From a virus (taxonomy: Duplodnaviria; Caudoviricetes): 64,000 bases of DNA. Location: positions 96,001 through 160,000 of the IMG/VR virus record IMGVR_UViG_3300015606_001334; one strand, 5' to 3'. This document shows, in pieces, positions 55,493 through 64,000 of this stretch; position 1 is the first letter of the stretch; every line of letters begins with the position of its first letter. Under the pieces are notes generated by a model. The model saw only the letters and a program-made list of their open reading frames with translations, searched no databases and was not told where the DNA came from. The position numbers and the translations under genes are program-made.

Positions 55493-56143
55493 TTAGTGAT
55501 GATGTAAATTTTTGAAGATCAACGCACCATACATGGCTTCGTCGTGGAATTTATAATCGCTCTCGTCGAGATCTCTGTCATCGTCATAGCTAGTATCTCT
55601 ACTCATCCATTTGTTACGTGCTCTACGCCAGAGGTAAGCATCAGTGTCACCGTCAACATCACCGTCATCCCAACTAACAGGTTTACGGTCACCAATTCGT
55701 TTGTATTTAAACAGCTCGGTGTCGTTGAATTGAGCGAATACTTTTTCACCTTCTTCTTTTGTCAGCTCAAACTTTGAGCCTCTGAAAGTAATTATGAACA
55801 TTCCTGGCTTGGTTGACTTTCTCACCACGATTTCTGGATTATTTGGCGGGATGTAAGCTTCTTCCCAATTACCGTCAAATCCAGCGACGAACAGCTCAAC
55901 CTTTTCTTTTTCGGCAAAATCGAGTATTTCAGAAGCATCAGCGAGACGTTTACCGAATTCGTCGAAAAGAGACGACTTTCCGTTCATGAACTCCCCTTTA
56001 TGGGCCTCCATTGTGCCATCACTGTAATCATAATCGATATCGTCTTCAATTTCTTTTCCAGCCTTGATCAGGAGGGAAAGAAGAGCATGTTCCTGCTGGA
56101 CAGAAGCATCTTCATTAATCGATAAAAGGGAAGAGATTTTCAT
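55493..56143 (-). CDS. putative internal head protein
   Basis: MKISSLLSINE leader; TAAATA promoter inside a hairpin at 56161-56195. Confidence 0.65.
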   Translation of the reverse strand: MKISSLLSINEDASVQQEHALLSLLIKAGKEIEDDIDYDYSDGTMEAHKGEFMNGKSSLFDEFGKRLADASEILDFAEKEKVELFVAGFDGNWEEAYIPPNNPEIVVRKSTKPGMFIITFRGSKFELTKEEGEKVFAQFNDTELFKYKRIGDRKPVSWDDGDVDGDTDAYLWRRARNKWMSRDTSYDDDRDLDESDYKFHDEAMYGALIFKNLHHH

Positions 56144-56199
56144 AATTCCAAACAAAAGGAAAGGGTACTAATAGTGTTTATTTATTAGTACCCTTGAGA

Positions 56200-56532
56200 T
56201 TAGTCGTAGTAATACCACCACAGACCACAGATTTCGCGACGGCCGGTCATTTGAAGATTTTCTTCTTCGCCATTCTTCATGGCTTTGATGAGCTCTTGAC
56301 GATTCTTTGCACGAAGCATCCAGCGGCAATACCACTTCTTATGCTTGCCGCCAATCCAGTTCGGCGGAGTTTCACCATGATACCAAGCATTCTTTCTTGC
56401 GAGAATCTGCTCATCGGTAAGACCGTGATACTTTACATGACGGATGCGCTCTTGGAACCATTCCCAATCGATTTCATCCTCAATGTACTTACGCTTGTCC
56501 CAAGCGTTTTTGCGACGAATTGTACGAGACAT
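56200..56532 (-). CDS. basic hypothetical protein
   Basis: GGAGG RBS; MSRTIRRK. Confidence 0.65.
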   Translation of the reverse strand: MSRTIRRKNAWDKRKYIEDEIDWEWFQERIRHVKYHGLTDEQILARKNAWYHGETPPNWIGGKHKKWYCRWMLRAKNRQELIKAMKNGEEENLQMTGRREICGLWWYYYD

Positions 56533-57052
56533 TTGACACCTCCATTAAGTAGTTAAACTTAATAGGTGTCAAACTCCATGTAAAATTTGATCTTCATTTC
56601 ATTCAATCCCAAAATGTTGTTTCAATACTTTTGCCATCCATTCACCATAGAATGAATCGGCTTCTTCCATTACTCGACAACCTTCCGCGAGTAAGAGCTC
56701 AGCGAAAAGCTTTTTGTCGAACACCTGAATCGTGGCATCCCACTGACGTTCATGTGGAACTTCGACTGTTGCTTTACGAATGAGCTTGTCAATTACCTTA
56801 CTCACTTGCCCATTCTCCTTTATGACGAAGAGCATCCTCAATGGAGGTATATCCACCCACTTCAGAGCGACCAATCTTCACGGTACAGACCGAGTCGTCA
56901 TACTCACCGTTGATGTACAGCTCCTTCTCAATGAGGGTTGCCTTACCGACCTTGAGCTTGCGAGCAACTTTGATCTTTACCTTAGCCATCGAAATTCTCC
57001 TCAATCAACTTGAAGAGAATTCTATATCAAATTTCGATCAATGTAAACTGAT

Positions 57053-57691
57053 TTATTCAGAGATGTACGATCTGAAGTTCTTAAGCATGCTTTGAATCTC
57101 GGTCTTAGCACTGTTACCAGCCCACGCAAAGGCAAACTTGAACCAATCCTTTGAGAACTTCGGCATTTCATTTCCAAAAACTGATTGGTAAATTTGATAG
57201 TGAGCGGTGTCTCCACTCAGAACTTTAGTGAATGGGATCTCATTGAACTCAAGCATTCGAATGATCGAAGCATCGATTTCACGGGCTTCTTCTTCATTCT
57301 GATTGCGACCAGTCGGGTCGTATGGATGATTACGCTCAATGAAGAAATTGTGGTTCTCGTAAGTACCCCACAGTTCGAAAATCAGATCTTCGAAAGTATT
57401 TGGCAGATAATCAGGCGTCTTGTAATGGATACCCAAGAGGATTGGAGAGTCCGAAACTACCCATTCAACTTGATCCTTAAGACGATCTAGACGACGGTTC
57501 TGGTTAGCAAGAACAAACAATTGATCAGAAAGAGCGCTGAAATTCTTTTCCCAAGTCTTATCCTTGGCGAACTCAGTTACTTCCTCGACATCCTTCTGAT
57601 TCTTCTTCATGAGACCAAAAAGGTCTGCACGAAGAGTAGATTTGCCAGCCCCAGGGCCAGCGAATAGGTTAATGACTTTCAACTTTGCCAT
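57053..57691 (-). CDS. P-loop AAA/NadR-like kinase
   Basis: INLFAGPGAGKST, E.VTEFAKD, VSDSPILL, GRNQNEEEA. Confidence 0.8.
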   Translation of the reverse strand: MAKLKVINLFAGPGAGKSTLRADLFGLMKKNQKDVEEVTEFAKDKTWEKNFSALSDQLFVLANQNRRLDRLKDQVEWVVSDSPILLGIHYKTPDYLPNTFEDLIFELWGTYENHNFFIERNHPYDPTGRNQNEEEAREIDASIIRMLEFNEIPFTKVLSGDTAHYQIYQSVFGNEMPKFSKDWFKFAFAWAGNSAKTEIQSMLKNFRSYISE

Positions 57692-57987
57692 TCTGTTACC
57701 TCAACATTTACTGACATTGACACTGATGCAGGTAGCATCTTATAAGCTCGAAACTCTTTCTTTTGGAAGTATGGACGAATTGAATCCATACGCTGAGCAA
57801 TTTCTGCCTTCCATTCCTCTTCACTGTCAAAGACGATCAGATTAGGATAATGGGTGGTACAGGATGCACCGCTTCCAGGTCGCTCATATGGATCATCATA
57901 CGTGACTGAATCAATCTCTACGATCACATACACAGGTTTTGTAGGAAGATCCTTGATAGATTTTGGGTATTTCGAAGAAATCGACAT
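57679..57987 (-). CDS. hypothetical protein
   Basis: 102-aa ORF. Confidence 0.6.
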   Translation of the reverse strand: MSISSKYPKSIKDLPTKPVYVIVEIDSVTYDDPYERPGSGASCTTHYPNLIVFDSEEEWKAEIAQRMDSIRPYFQKKEFRAYKMLPASVSMSVNVEVTEWQS

Positions 57988-58017
57988 AGCAAATAGGAGC
58001 CCGAAGGCTCCTTCAAA

Positions 58018-58326
58018 TTAGCCGTTAAGAGCTATACCAGAAGAGGCAATCTTGATGCCTGAGATTTGGGATAGATAACCATCTTGCACTTCCTTATCAG
58101 GAGTAGCAAGACACATGATTTGAGAAACGCTGACTTCAATTTCTCCAGATCGCTGAGAATGGATCCAAGGAATTAGACCTAGACCGAATCCGCCCTGTGG
58201 GGTAGGCATGACTTGAAGAACCAATGGGGATTCAATGGTAAAAACACCAGAATCCTCATCAATTTCATTCACTTTACAAAGTACTTCTTCGCCTGATACC
58301 ATTTTTAGAGTTTTTATTTCAGACAT
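58018..58326 (-). CDS. Sm-like/T4-phage conserved protein
   Basis: KTLKMVSGEEVLC..P..L.PW..Y....SGI pattern. Confidence 0.65.
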   Translation of the reverse strand: MSEIKTLKMVSGEEVLCKVNEIDEDSGVFTIESPLVLQVMPTPQGGFGLGLIPWIHSQRSGEIEVSVSQIMCLATPDKEVQDGYLSQISGIKIASSGIALNG

Positions 58327-58335
58327 TGTGTTTCC

Positions 58336-58686
58336 TTATTCTCGTTTTTGTGTGGATAAAAAATTGCGAATATGAGTGAAAGTTCTCGATATTGCGCGGT
58401 GCTTCATTGACATTTGGTCACTCGTGAGATGCTCATGTTGCGGAGCCCAAATCAGGTAGAAGTCCAAGAAGCTCATCATAGCATCATGGAGCTCTTGATA
58501 CTCGTAGTACTGGCGGCGAACTTTAACGTCGAGATGCTCATCTTCAGTGAGGATGGTTTGAGTAATCTTCTCGGAAATCGGATGAAGATCGTCTGTCCTA
58601 CCATCCAATGCATCAAGAATCTTTACAACCAATCCTGAGTAAACTTTGAAGGGAGCGTACTCATCAATACGAAAGTCTTCCATCAT
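58336..58686 (-). CDS. hypothetical protein
   Basis: 116-aa ORF, AGGAGA RBS. Confidence 0.6.
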   Translation of the reverse strand: MMEDFRIDEYAPFKVYSGLVVKILDALDGRTDDLHPISEKITQTILTEDEHLDVKVRRQYYEYQELHDAMMSFLDFYLIWAPQHEHLTSDQMSMKHRAISRTFTHIRNFLSTQKRE

Positions 58687-58693
58687 TGTCTCC

Positions 58694-59176
58694 TTAGTAC
58701 ATGCGGCGAGGATTGTTCAGGTAGCGACGTTGTTCGTTCGAAAGAATTTCATCGATTGCCATGGTTTCAGGACTTTGGTACTTGCTCATGATTGCGCTCT
58801 TGTAAACACAATCATCTTCAGGTCCATCACAATTCCTTACGACTTCAAACCAAACATCGTGAGGGAATTGAGCCTTCGTCAAGATTGTAAACTGAAGGCG
58901 ACCGTTTGTGAACGTCGTCGCGTAATACTTTGGAGGTTGTCCCATAAGGAAACACTTAGTATTTCCATCAGTGAGAGCAACACATTGCTTCTTGTATTCT
59001 TGGCCTTCACCGTAGTACGGTGCCGATTGAATAACGTTTGCGAGGATAACCTCATCGGCGGCTACGGCAGGCTTAGAAAAATAGAGTGCTGCAATCAGGA
59101 CAACTGCCCAAAATACAACACTCTTGAAAGTTTCGATATGGAAATCCAGCTTAGAATTGCTCATCATCATCTCCAA
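58694..59176 (-). CDS. exported hypothetical protein
   Basis: hydrophobic N-terminal segment ending AVA-A. Confidence 0.6.
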   Translation of the reverse strand: MEMMMSNSKLDFHIETFKSVVFWAVVLIAALYFSKPAVAADEVILANVIQSAPYYGEGQEYKKQCVALTDGNTKCFLMGQPPKYYATTFTNGRLQFTILTKAQFPHDVWFEVVRNCDGPEDDCVYKSAIMSKYQSPETMAIDEILSNEQRRYLNNPRRMY

Positions 59177-59228
59177 AGGCTACTTAACTTAAGATGAATT
59201 ATATACTGAATTCCGAAAAAAGAAACTG

Positions 59229-59552
59229 TTAGTAAGTGGCTTCGATCGCCTCTCTGATTTGCTCAAACTCTGGCTTGGTAACCTTACGCTTGATTTCTAA
59301 ACAGTTAGCAGCGAAGGTTGCGGACATCATGCGAATCGTCTTTGGATTCAAACCATTCATGACTCGAACTCGAACTGAATTTGGGTTCTCGTTAACGAGA
59401 CTGTTGATTGCAACAAAGACTTTTAGTTCTCCAGAACGCTTAGAAGGGGAAGGGTAGAACGAATCACTGAAGATTGACATCGCTGCTGGCTTAAGAGCTG
59501 CGACGAACCATTCATTCTGTTGTTCTAAACGTGGTGGGGCTTTTTTGCGCAT
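59229..59552 (-). CDS. hypothetical protein
   Basis: 107-aa ORF. Confidence 0.6.
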   Translation of the reverse strand: MRKKAPPRLEQQNEWFVAALKPAAMSIFSDSFYPSPSKRSGELKVFVAINSLVNENPNSVRVRVMNGLNPKTIRMMSATFAANCLEIKRKVTKPEFEQIREAIEATY

Positions 59553-59563
59553 AAGACCTCTTG

Positions 59564-60007
59564 TTATTTTCTGTTGATGGTTGGGGCAATTGCTTGGAAA
59601 ACATCGAGAAATCTTTCGCTTGAAAGACCATTCTTAAACATGAACGGAAGATCGATGTCAAAAATTATGTCGTCAAGAGTAAGGCCTCTTGCTGCCAATG
59701 GCATCGCTTCAAACGTTGAGAATCGAACTGACTTTTGGCCAGTAATCGAATCAAACCTTAGAAGATTTTGATTGTGGACATCAATCTTTATTCCATAGTC
59801 ACGAGGAGCTTTATCGAAGAAGTCTTGAAACACCTTACGAACGTAGTTCGTCATGCCTGAGTTGTAGCTCACGAACATGATTTGAGCTGGACCGTTGATG
59901 TTCATCAAACGATTCAGAGTTTCTTTGACAGCTTCGGTGGTCTTACCGTTCTGACGCTGGCAGAGCTCGGCAATATGCGAGAAACTTTGGAAGTCTAGAT
60001 ACTTCAT
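59564..60007 (-). CDS. small P-loop protein (terminase/helicase-like ATPase motifs)
   Basis: RQNGKTT and ARGLTLDDIIFD; start MKYLDF. Confidence 0.55.
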   Translation of the reverse strand: MKYLDFQSFSHIAELCQRQNGKTTEAVKETLNRLMNINGPAQIMFVSYNSGMTNYVRKVFQDFFDKAPRDYGIKIDVHNQNLLRFDSITGQKSVRFSTFEAMPLAARGLTLDDIIFDIDLPFMFKNGLSSERFLDVFQAIAPTINRK

Positions 60008-60029
60008 TTTATTGTTCTTATTATGGAAG

Positions 60030-60402
60030 TGAGGGTGGGGAAATGTTTCTGTTGCCAAGTACAACTTCCCCAAAAACTCCGACAGCTTTACCTATTTAAA
60101 GGATCAAGCAGCCACGCGGTAACTTTCGTCGTTTGCGTTTAACTTTTTTCTTCCACTAACGCAGGTTGCTCTCGAGTCGTTCCAATCTTGTTACTCATGC
60201 CATGTCGAGACCTGTCGACCCCATTAAAAAGAAACCTAGTATGACGATCACGTTCTCTTACTCTTTCGTCATCCTGCCTTGCCTTCTCATAGGTAAGATC
60301 GAAGAACGATCCATCTTACCTCGGGCGACCTCCTTGCGAGAGGACTTGGTTTCTTTTTGGTGGAGTCGAGGGGAATCGAACCCCTTTCCACAACACTTTC
60401 CC
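60030..60402 (-). ncRNA. ssrA: circularly permuted two-piece tmRNA; tag ANDESYRVAA*
   Basis: acceptor piece ..GGGGTTCGATTCCCCTCGACTCCACCA (ends 60358) lies upstream of the coding piece starting GGGGTCG (60222); G3.U70; tag ORF 60104..60136. Confidence 0.88.
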
Positions 60403-60592
60403 AATCAAAGTCTCAGGTATTTCTACCCATACGACTATAAAAACTCTCGGTCATTCTTTCGATCGTCTTCCCATTTATCCCAGTTGTAATGAAAGATGGA
60501 ATAAATCCAACCACCAACACAACCAATGATTGTTACAACAACGAGAAGTTTTTCTACTTGATCAACCATGAAAAGAATTATATCACTATTTA

Positions 60593-60988
60593 TTAGCGTT
60601 GTAAACTGTTTTGTATCTTTTTTATCTTATCAGCCAAAGTTTCTGGAGTAAATGGCTTTACGATGTAAGAGCTTGCGCCCGCTTGAGCGGCAGCAATGAT
60701 GTTTTCTTTCTTTGCCTCAGCCGTAACCATCATCACTGGAATGTGAGCGGTCTTTGGATTCGCCTTTAGAGCTCGAAGCATATCCAAACCGTCCATGTTC
60801 GGCATGTTCCAGTCTGACACGATCAAAGTGATAGACTCAGCCATGTTTTCTGCAACAGAGTATCCTTTTCTTCCATCGTCAGCTTCGACAATGTTAGTGA
60901 ATCCTGCTTCCTTAAGGCACGCGATCAAGATTCTTCGCATAGTAGCGAAGTCATCCACGACTAATACTGGTTTGCTCGGGTCAATCAT
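60593..60988 (-). CDS. cheY: chemotaxis response regulator CheY
   Basis: LVVDDFATMRRI, VSDWNMPNMDGL, MVTAEAKKENIIAAAQAGASSYIVKPFT. Confidence 0.92.
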   Translation of the reverse strand: MIDPSKPVLVVDDFATMRRILIACLKEAGFTNIVEADDGRKGYSVAENMAESITLIVSDWNMPNMDGLDMLRALKANPKTAHIPVMMVTAEAKKENIIAAAQAGASSYIVKPFTPETLADKIKKIQNSLQR

Positions 60989-61251
60989 TTTGGAGTGTAG
61001 CGAAGGTAAATTCCTAAAAGAGTATTTACACAGTCTTGACAGAAATCACCCTCAATTTTGGTACCATCTCCGAAAATTGATCCGTAACCGCCTTCCATTC
61101 GAATGTGCAACATCTCATTAGCTTCAGATCTTTCTAGAGGATCTTCGGCAGCTGGATGAAACGCGGCACCGCATTTGTCACAAACAAATTCATCAATAAC
61201 TTCTGCAGGCTTTAGGATCTTTTTAGTCTTTTCCATGATACGTCTGTTCAA
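60985..61251 (-). CDS. zinc-ribbon hypothetical protein
   Basis: CDKCG...GGYGSIFGDG...DFCQDC. Confidence 0.7.
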   Translation of the reverse strand: MNRRIMEKTKKILKPAEVIDEFVCDKCGAAFHPAAEDPLERSEANEMLHIRMEGGYGSIFGDGTKIEGDFCQDCVNTLLGIYLRYTPK

Positions 61252-61921
61252 ATAGTTCTTTTAGCCAATTGAAATCATTTACTTTTTTGATTTCTTCTGG
61301 ATTTCCTCGATTAGCCAGGCCAAACAAAGCTCCTAGTTTAGCTCCTTCAAGCACCTTATCAGCATGGAAGGAATTTGGGTTCGCGACGTTCTGCCAGGTT
61401 TTAAGTCGAGTTTCGGTTTCAGTGTCGACTTGTTTGTCAATTACTTTGCTGGCAAGTTTAGCGCATTCTCTAAAGGCGCCTCGCCAGGATCTAAACTCAT
61501 CTGAATTGAAGTTAGTAAATGACACTACGTCATCGATGTACTTTACGTCCTTCGTTAGGGAAGTCGTAAAGTCTATTGAATTCGTTTTTAGATTTCTGAA
61601 AAATTTCTTTGAGAATAGTTTGACCCCACCGTATCCGTATTCGAGACCATTTACTGGATTGCGGCTTTTCCAAATATGAACGTAGTCCTGATCCCATGAC
61701 GCAGGTTTAAACGAGAAGTCAAATGATGGAAAAACTTCAGTGTCGCCGTCAACTACATAAAATAAGCTAGTGTCAGCAATTTTTGAGGCCTCATTATGGG
61801 CATTTGCGATACCCTCTACGCCGTGAACCCGCTTAGCGTATTGGAATTTTGAACGAAGTAGCTCAAAATTAGCATCCGCGTTTGGTTCGTCGTATGAAAT
61901 GAAAATGATGTCTAACGCCAT
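61223..61921 (-). CDS. glycosyltransferase-like (GT-A) phage protein
   Basis: DIIFISYDEPNA, YVVDGD (DxD), NPVNGLEYGYGGVKLF, WRGAFREC.KL. Confidence 0.7.
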   Translation of the reverse strand: MALDIIFISYDEPNADANFELLRSKFQYAKRVHGVEGIANAHNEASKIADTSLFYVVDGDTEVFPSFDFSFKPASWDQDYVHIWKSRNPVNGLEYGYGGVKLFSKKFFRNLKTNSIDFTTSLTKDVKYIDDVVSFTNFNSDEFRSWRGAFRECAKLASKVIDKQVDTETETRLKTWQNVANPNSFHADKVLEGAKLGALFGLANRGNPEEIKKVNDFNWLKELFEQTYHGKD

Positions 61922-62205
61922 AACTTATTCTTCTCTTGGTATATCAGGTGGAGCTTCTTGTATCAAGGATTGGTATTTATCAGCATGATATTTACACACT
62001 GAAAGCTGCTCTCGAGTAGTACTCAAATCAGCAATCATTCGTTCTACTGTTCTTGCTGACTTTGCAAGGGCATCAGCAGAATCCGCGATCTGTGCCTTGA
62101 GATGATAATTCTCCGAAAGGACATATGCTAACCCTAGCGCTTGCACAATCATTATTACATTAGCGGGTTTCAAGATTATCTCTTATAGATTTTGGTTGGG
62201 CCGTA

Positions 62206-63156
62206 TCAATTATTTACATCTTTTGCGAGGCGCACTTGCGCGGTTTCATTACACAACGTCACCATCATACCTGAGACTTCGAACTTATCATCACGTTTGG
62301 GTCCATTGATCCGCTTTTGGACTTCCTCGATAGCATTGCGAGTCAAGTACTTTCCAAACTTCACGGAGAAATGATGGTAAAGAAAGTTCCGTTGACGATA
62401 GTCGCTTAGCTTTCTTAGGTTCACCCGATCAATTCCGGTTTCACCCGATCCGCATGATTGATTGTCTATATGGTAGAGGTCCTCAATGAGAGCCGAACAC
62501 TCCGACATATTTTGCATGGCTCGCTCAAGTGATGCATAGAACTTCCAGCTTGTGAAATGTTCCTTGAGCAATGGAATCACTTTGTTCCGAATAAAGCCCC
62601 GTGACAGTTCGGTACTATCGTTGGTAGAATCGTGCCCGTATAGTATACTGAGCGCCTCCACTTGCTGCAGGATTTCTTCTTTAGATAGATGGATAAGAGG
62701 ACGAATAAGACGGGAGTTTTTCGGATTCGAAGAAATCCCAGACAGACCTTTGACAGAACTTCCACGACATAGGCGGAAGAAAAACGTTTCGATTGAATCA
62801 TCAAGATGATGACCAGTCAGGAGAGTCTCGTTGAGCAAAAGATTGCTGTACAAAGCATCGTATCTACCCGCTCTTTCGGCAGCTTCGATTCCCTGTGACT
62901 TAACCATTCTTTCGTCAACCGTTGCCGTTAACACGGTGATTTCAAGCCCGTAGTATTTCGCCCACTCAACACAAAAATCCCGAATCTTTTCAGCGCCATT
63001 CGACGCCTTGGAATCAGGATGCATGACATGGACTAATCGAAAGTCGTATCCACCTTGCTTAAGTAGGAAAGCAAGAAGGGCAGAATCTGCCCCTCCGGAA
63101 AATGCTACGACGTAACGAAGACCAATGTGTTTTGGTAGGTTAATCATCTTTGTCAA
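62206..63156 (-). CDS. tilS: tRNA(Ile)-lysidine synthetase
   Basis: PP-loop AFSGGADS, E..R..RY, TGHHLDDSIET, RG, IRPL, D.TN, R..IRNKVIP. Confidence 0.9.
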   Translation of the reverse strand: MTKMINLPKHIGLRYVVAFSGGADSALLAFLLKQGGYDFRLVHVMHPDSKASNGAEKIRDFCVEWAKYYGLEITVLTATVDERMVKSQGIEAAERAGRYDALYSNLLLNETLLTGHHLDDSIETFFFRLCRGSSVKGLSGISSNPKNSRLIRPLIHLSKEEILQQVEALSILYGHDSTNDSTELSRGFIRNKVIPLLKEHFTSWKFYASLERAMQNMSECSALIEDLYHIDNQSCGSGETGIDRVNLRKLSDYRQRNFLYHHFSVKFGKYLTRNAIEEVQKRINGPKRDDKFEVSGMMVTLCNETAQVRLAKDVNN

Positions 63157-63421
63157 TCTTGAGCAACGCGTATCTGATTAAATTAATCGCAACTAAATTG
63201 ATGATTGTATACTCAAGTTTTGCCGAAGGAAACAGAAGATTTATTCCGAAGATCGCCAAAATTCCAACAAGTGCAAAATTGAAAATTCCGACAAGAGCAC
63301 TAACTATTGCAAGAACTCTTGTGCTGGTCGACTCTCGATCAATCTCAAGAGTCGTGAATCCTGCGATGTTAAACCTTGATGGAACTTGGACGTAGAAATT
63401 TTCGGAGATAAATTTTCTCAT
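63140..63421 (-). CDS. membrane protein
   Basis: two TM helices. Confidence 0.55.
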   Translation of the reverse strand: MRKFISENFYVQVPSRFNIAGFTTLEIDRESTSTRVLAIVSALVGIFNFALVGILAIFGINLLFPSAKLEYTIINLVAINLIRYALLKIDKDD

Positions 63422-63798
63422 TGTGTAATTGTGATTTTGAACGTGCGATTTTCTTGTTTGGCGTTGATCACTCGATCAAGCGGGAACTTGTAGACGCGAA
63501 CCTTCCAATGAGCACGATGAATAACTTCTGTCTTGAACTTGTCGCCGTTCGTACCATTTTTCTTCGTGTGCTTCTTGGTAAGAGGAACGATTTGCGTTTT
63601 CTTACGGAACTTTTGAGTTGTGTAAAGGTAGATGAAGCCATCCTTCACCCGCCCGCTGTAGCTCTTTTCGCGGGTCCCACCAAACGTGATGTGACCATAA
63701 TTTGCCATGCGGTAATCAATATCACCGCGCCGAGAAACTTCGAAAGAAGAGTAAAGAAAGTTATTCGGACGAGGAACAACAGTAATCATGCGAGGCAT
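63418..63798 (-). CDS. basic hypothetical protein
   Basis: AGGAGA RBS; 126 aa. Confidence 0.6.
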   Translation of the reverse strand: MPRMITVVPRPNNFLYSSFEVSRRGDIDYRMANYGHITFGGTREKSYSGRVKDGFIYLYTTQKFRKKTQIVPLTKKHTKKNGTNGDKFKTEVIHRAHWKVRVYKFPLDRVINAKQENRTFKITITQ

Positions 63799-64000
63799 CG
63801 TAATTCTCCTTAGGCAGCCATGAAGGTAAAACCAGTGTTACGGTTCAGGTGGCGAACTTCCTTGTCGTTCAAGAACGTTTCGAAAGCCATAACATCCGGC
63901 ACGATGCAGGTCTTCTCGCCAACAACTTTACCATCGCGCAAAACCAAATACGTGAATTCCATGGTCATCTCCTTATCTATCAACGTGAGATGAATTATAA

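Noticed and set aside
59564-60007. Terminase large subunit
   Set aside because: It has an RQNGKT-like motif but is only about 147 aa with no nuclease domain
1-64000. Genome-wide TAG reassignment implied by the suppressor tRNA
   Set aside because: Conserved enzymes are full length under code 11, and several ORFs end at TAG next to the following gene or promoter

Overview
This is a 64-kb segment of a large T4-superfamily-like (jumbo) dsDNA phage genome. Genes are dense and almost all on the - strand, with repeated GTTTAC-N17-TATAAT early promoters and (TA)TAAATA late promoters. CheY, CreA and a permuted tmRNA suggest a proteobacterial, probably betaproteobacterial, host (inference). Left part (1-24 kb): accessory and early genes including an MBL hydrolase, metallophosphoesterase, Acb1-like 2H phosphodiesterase, NAD kinase, MazG-like protein, a radical SAM enzyme with MKxRxGFVSNSSSSSF-leader proteins, Thg1, YqeY, CreA, NADAR-like and vWA proteins, and a solitary amber-suppressor tRNA. 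At 25-32 kb is an ABC-transporter/ATP-grasp/B12-radical-SAM cluster that is partly decaying. At 32-53 kb is a very large tRNA/ncRNA region with about 30 canonical tRNAs, homing endonucleases and many non-canonical tRNA-derived RNAs. The most striking signal is a family of about 14 RNAs sharing one bulged helix (AACCG..AATTGGTTATC / CGATTTC..TTTTGTT). It occurs either inserted into the anticodon arm of a tRNA or as the closing stem of circularly permuted, Y-RNA-like tRNA mimics. Right part: paralogous putative internal head proteins, a two-piece (permuted) tmRNA, CheY and TilS. All calls were made by eye and RNA ends may be off by a few nt.
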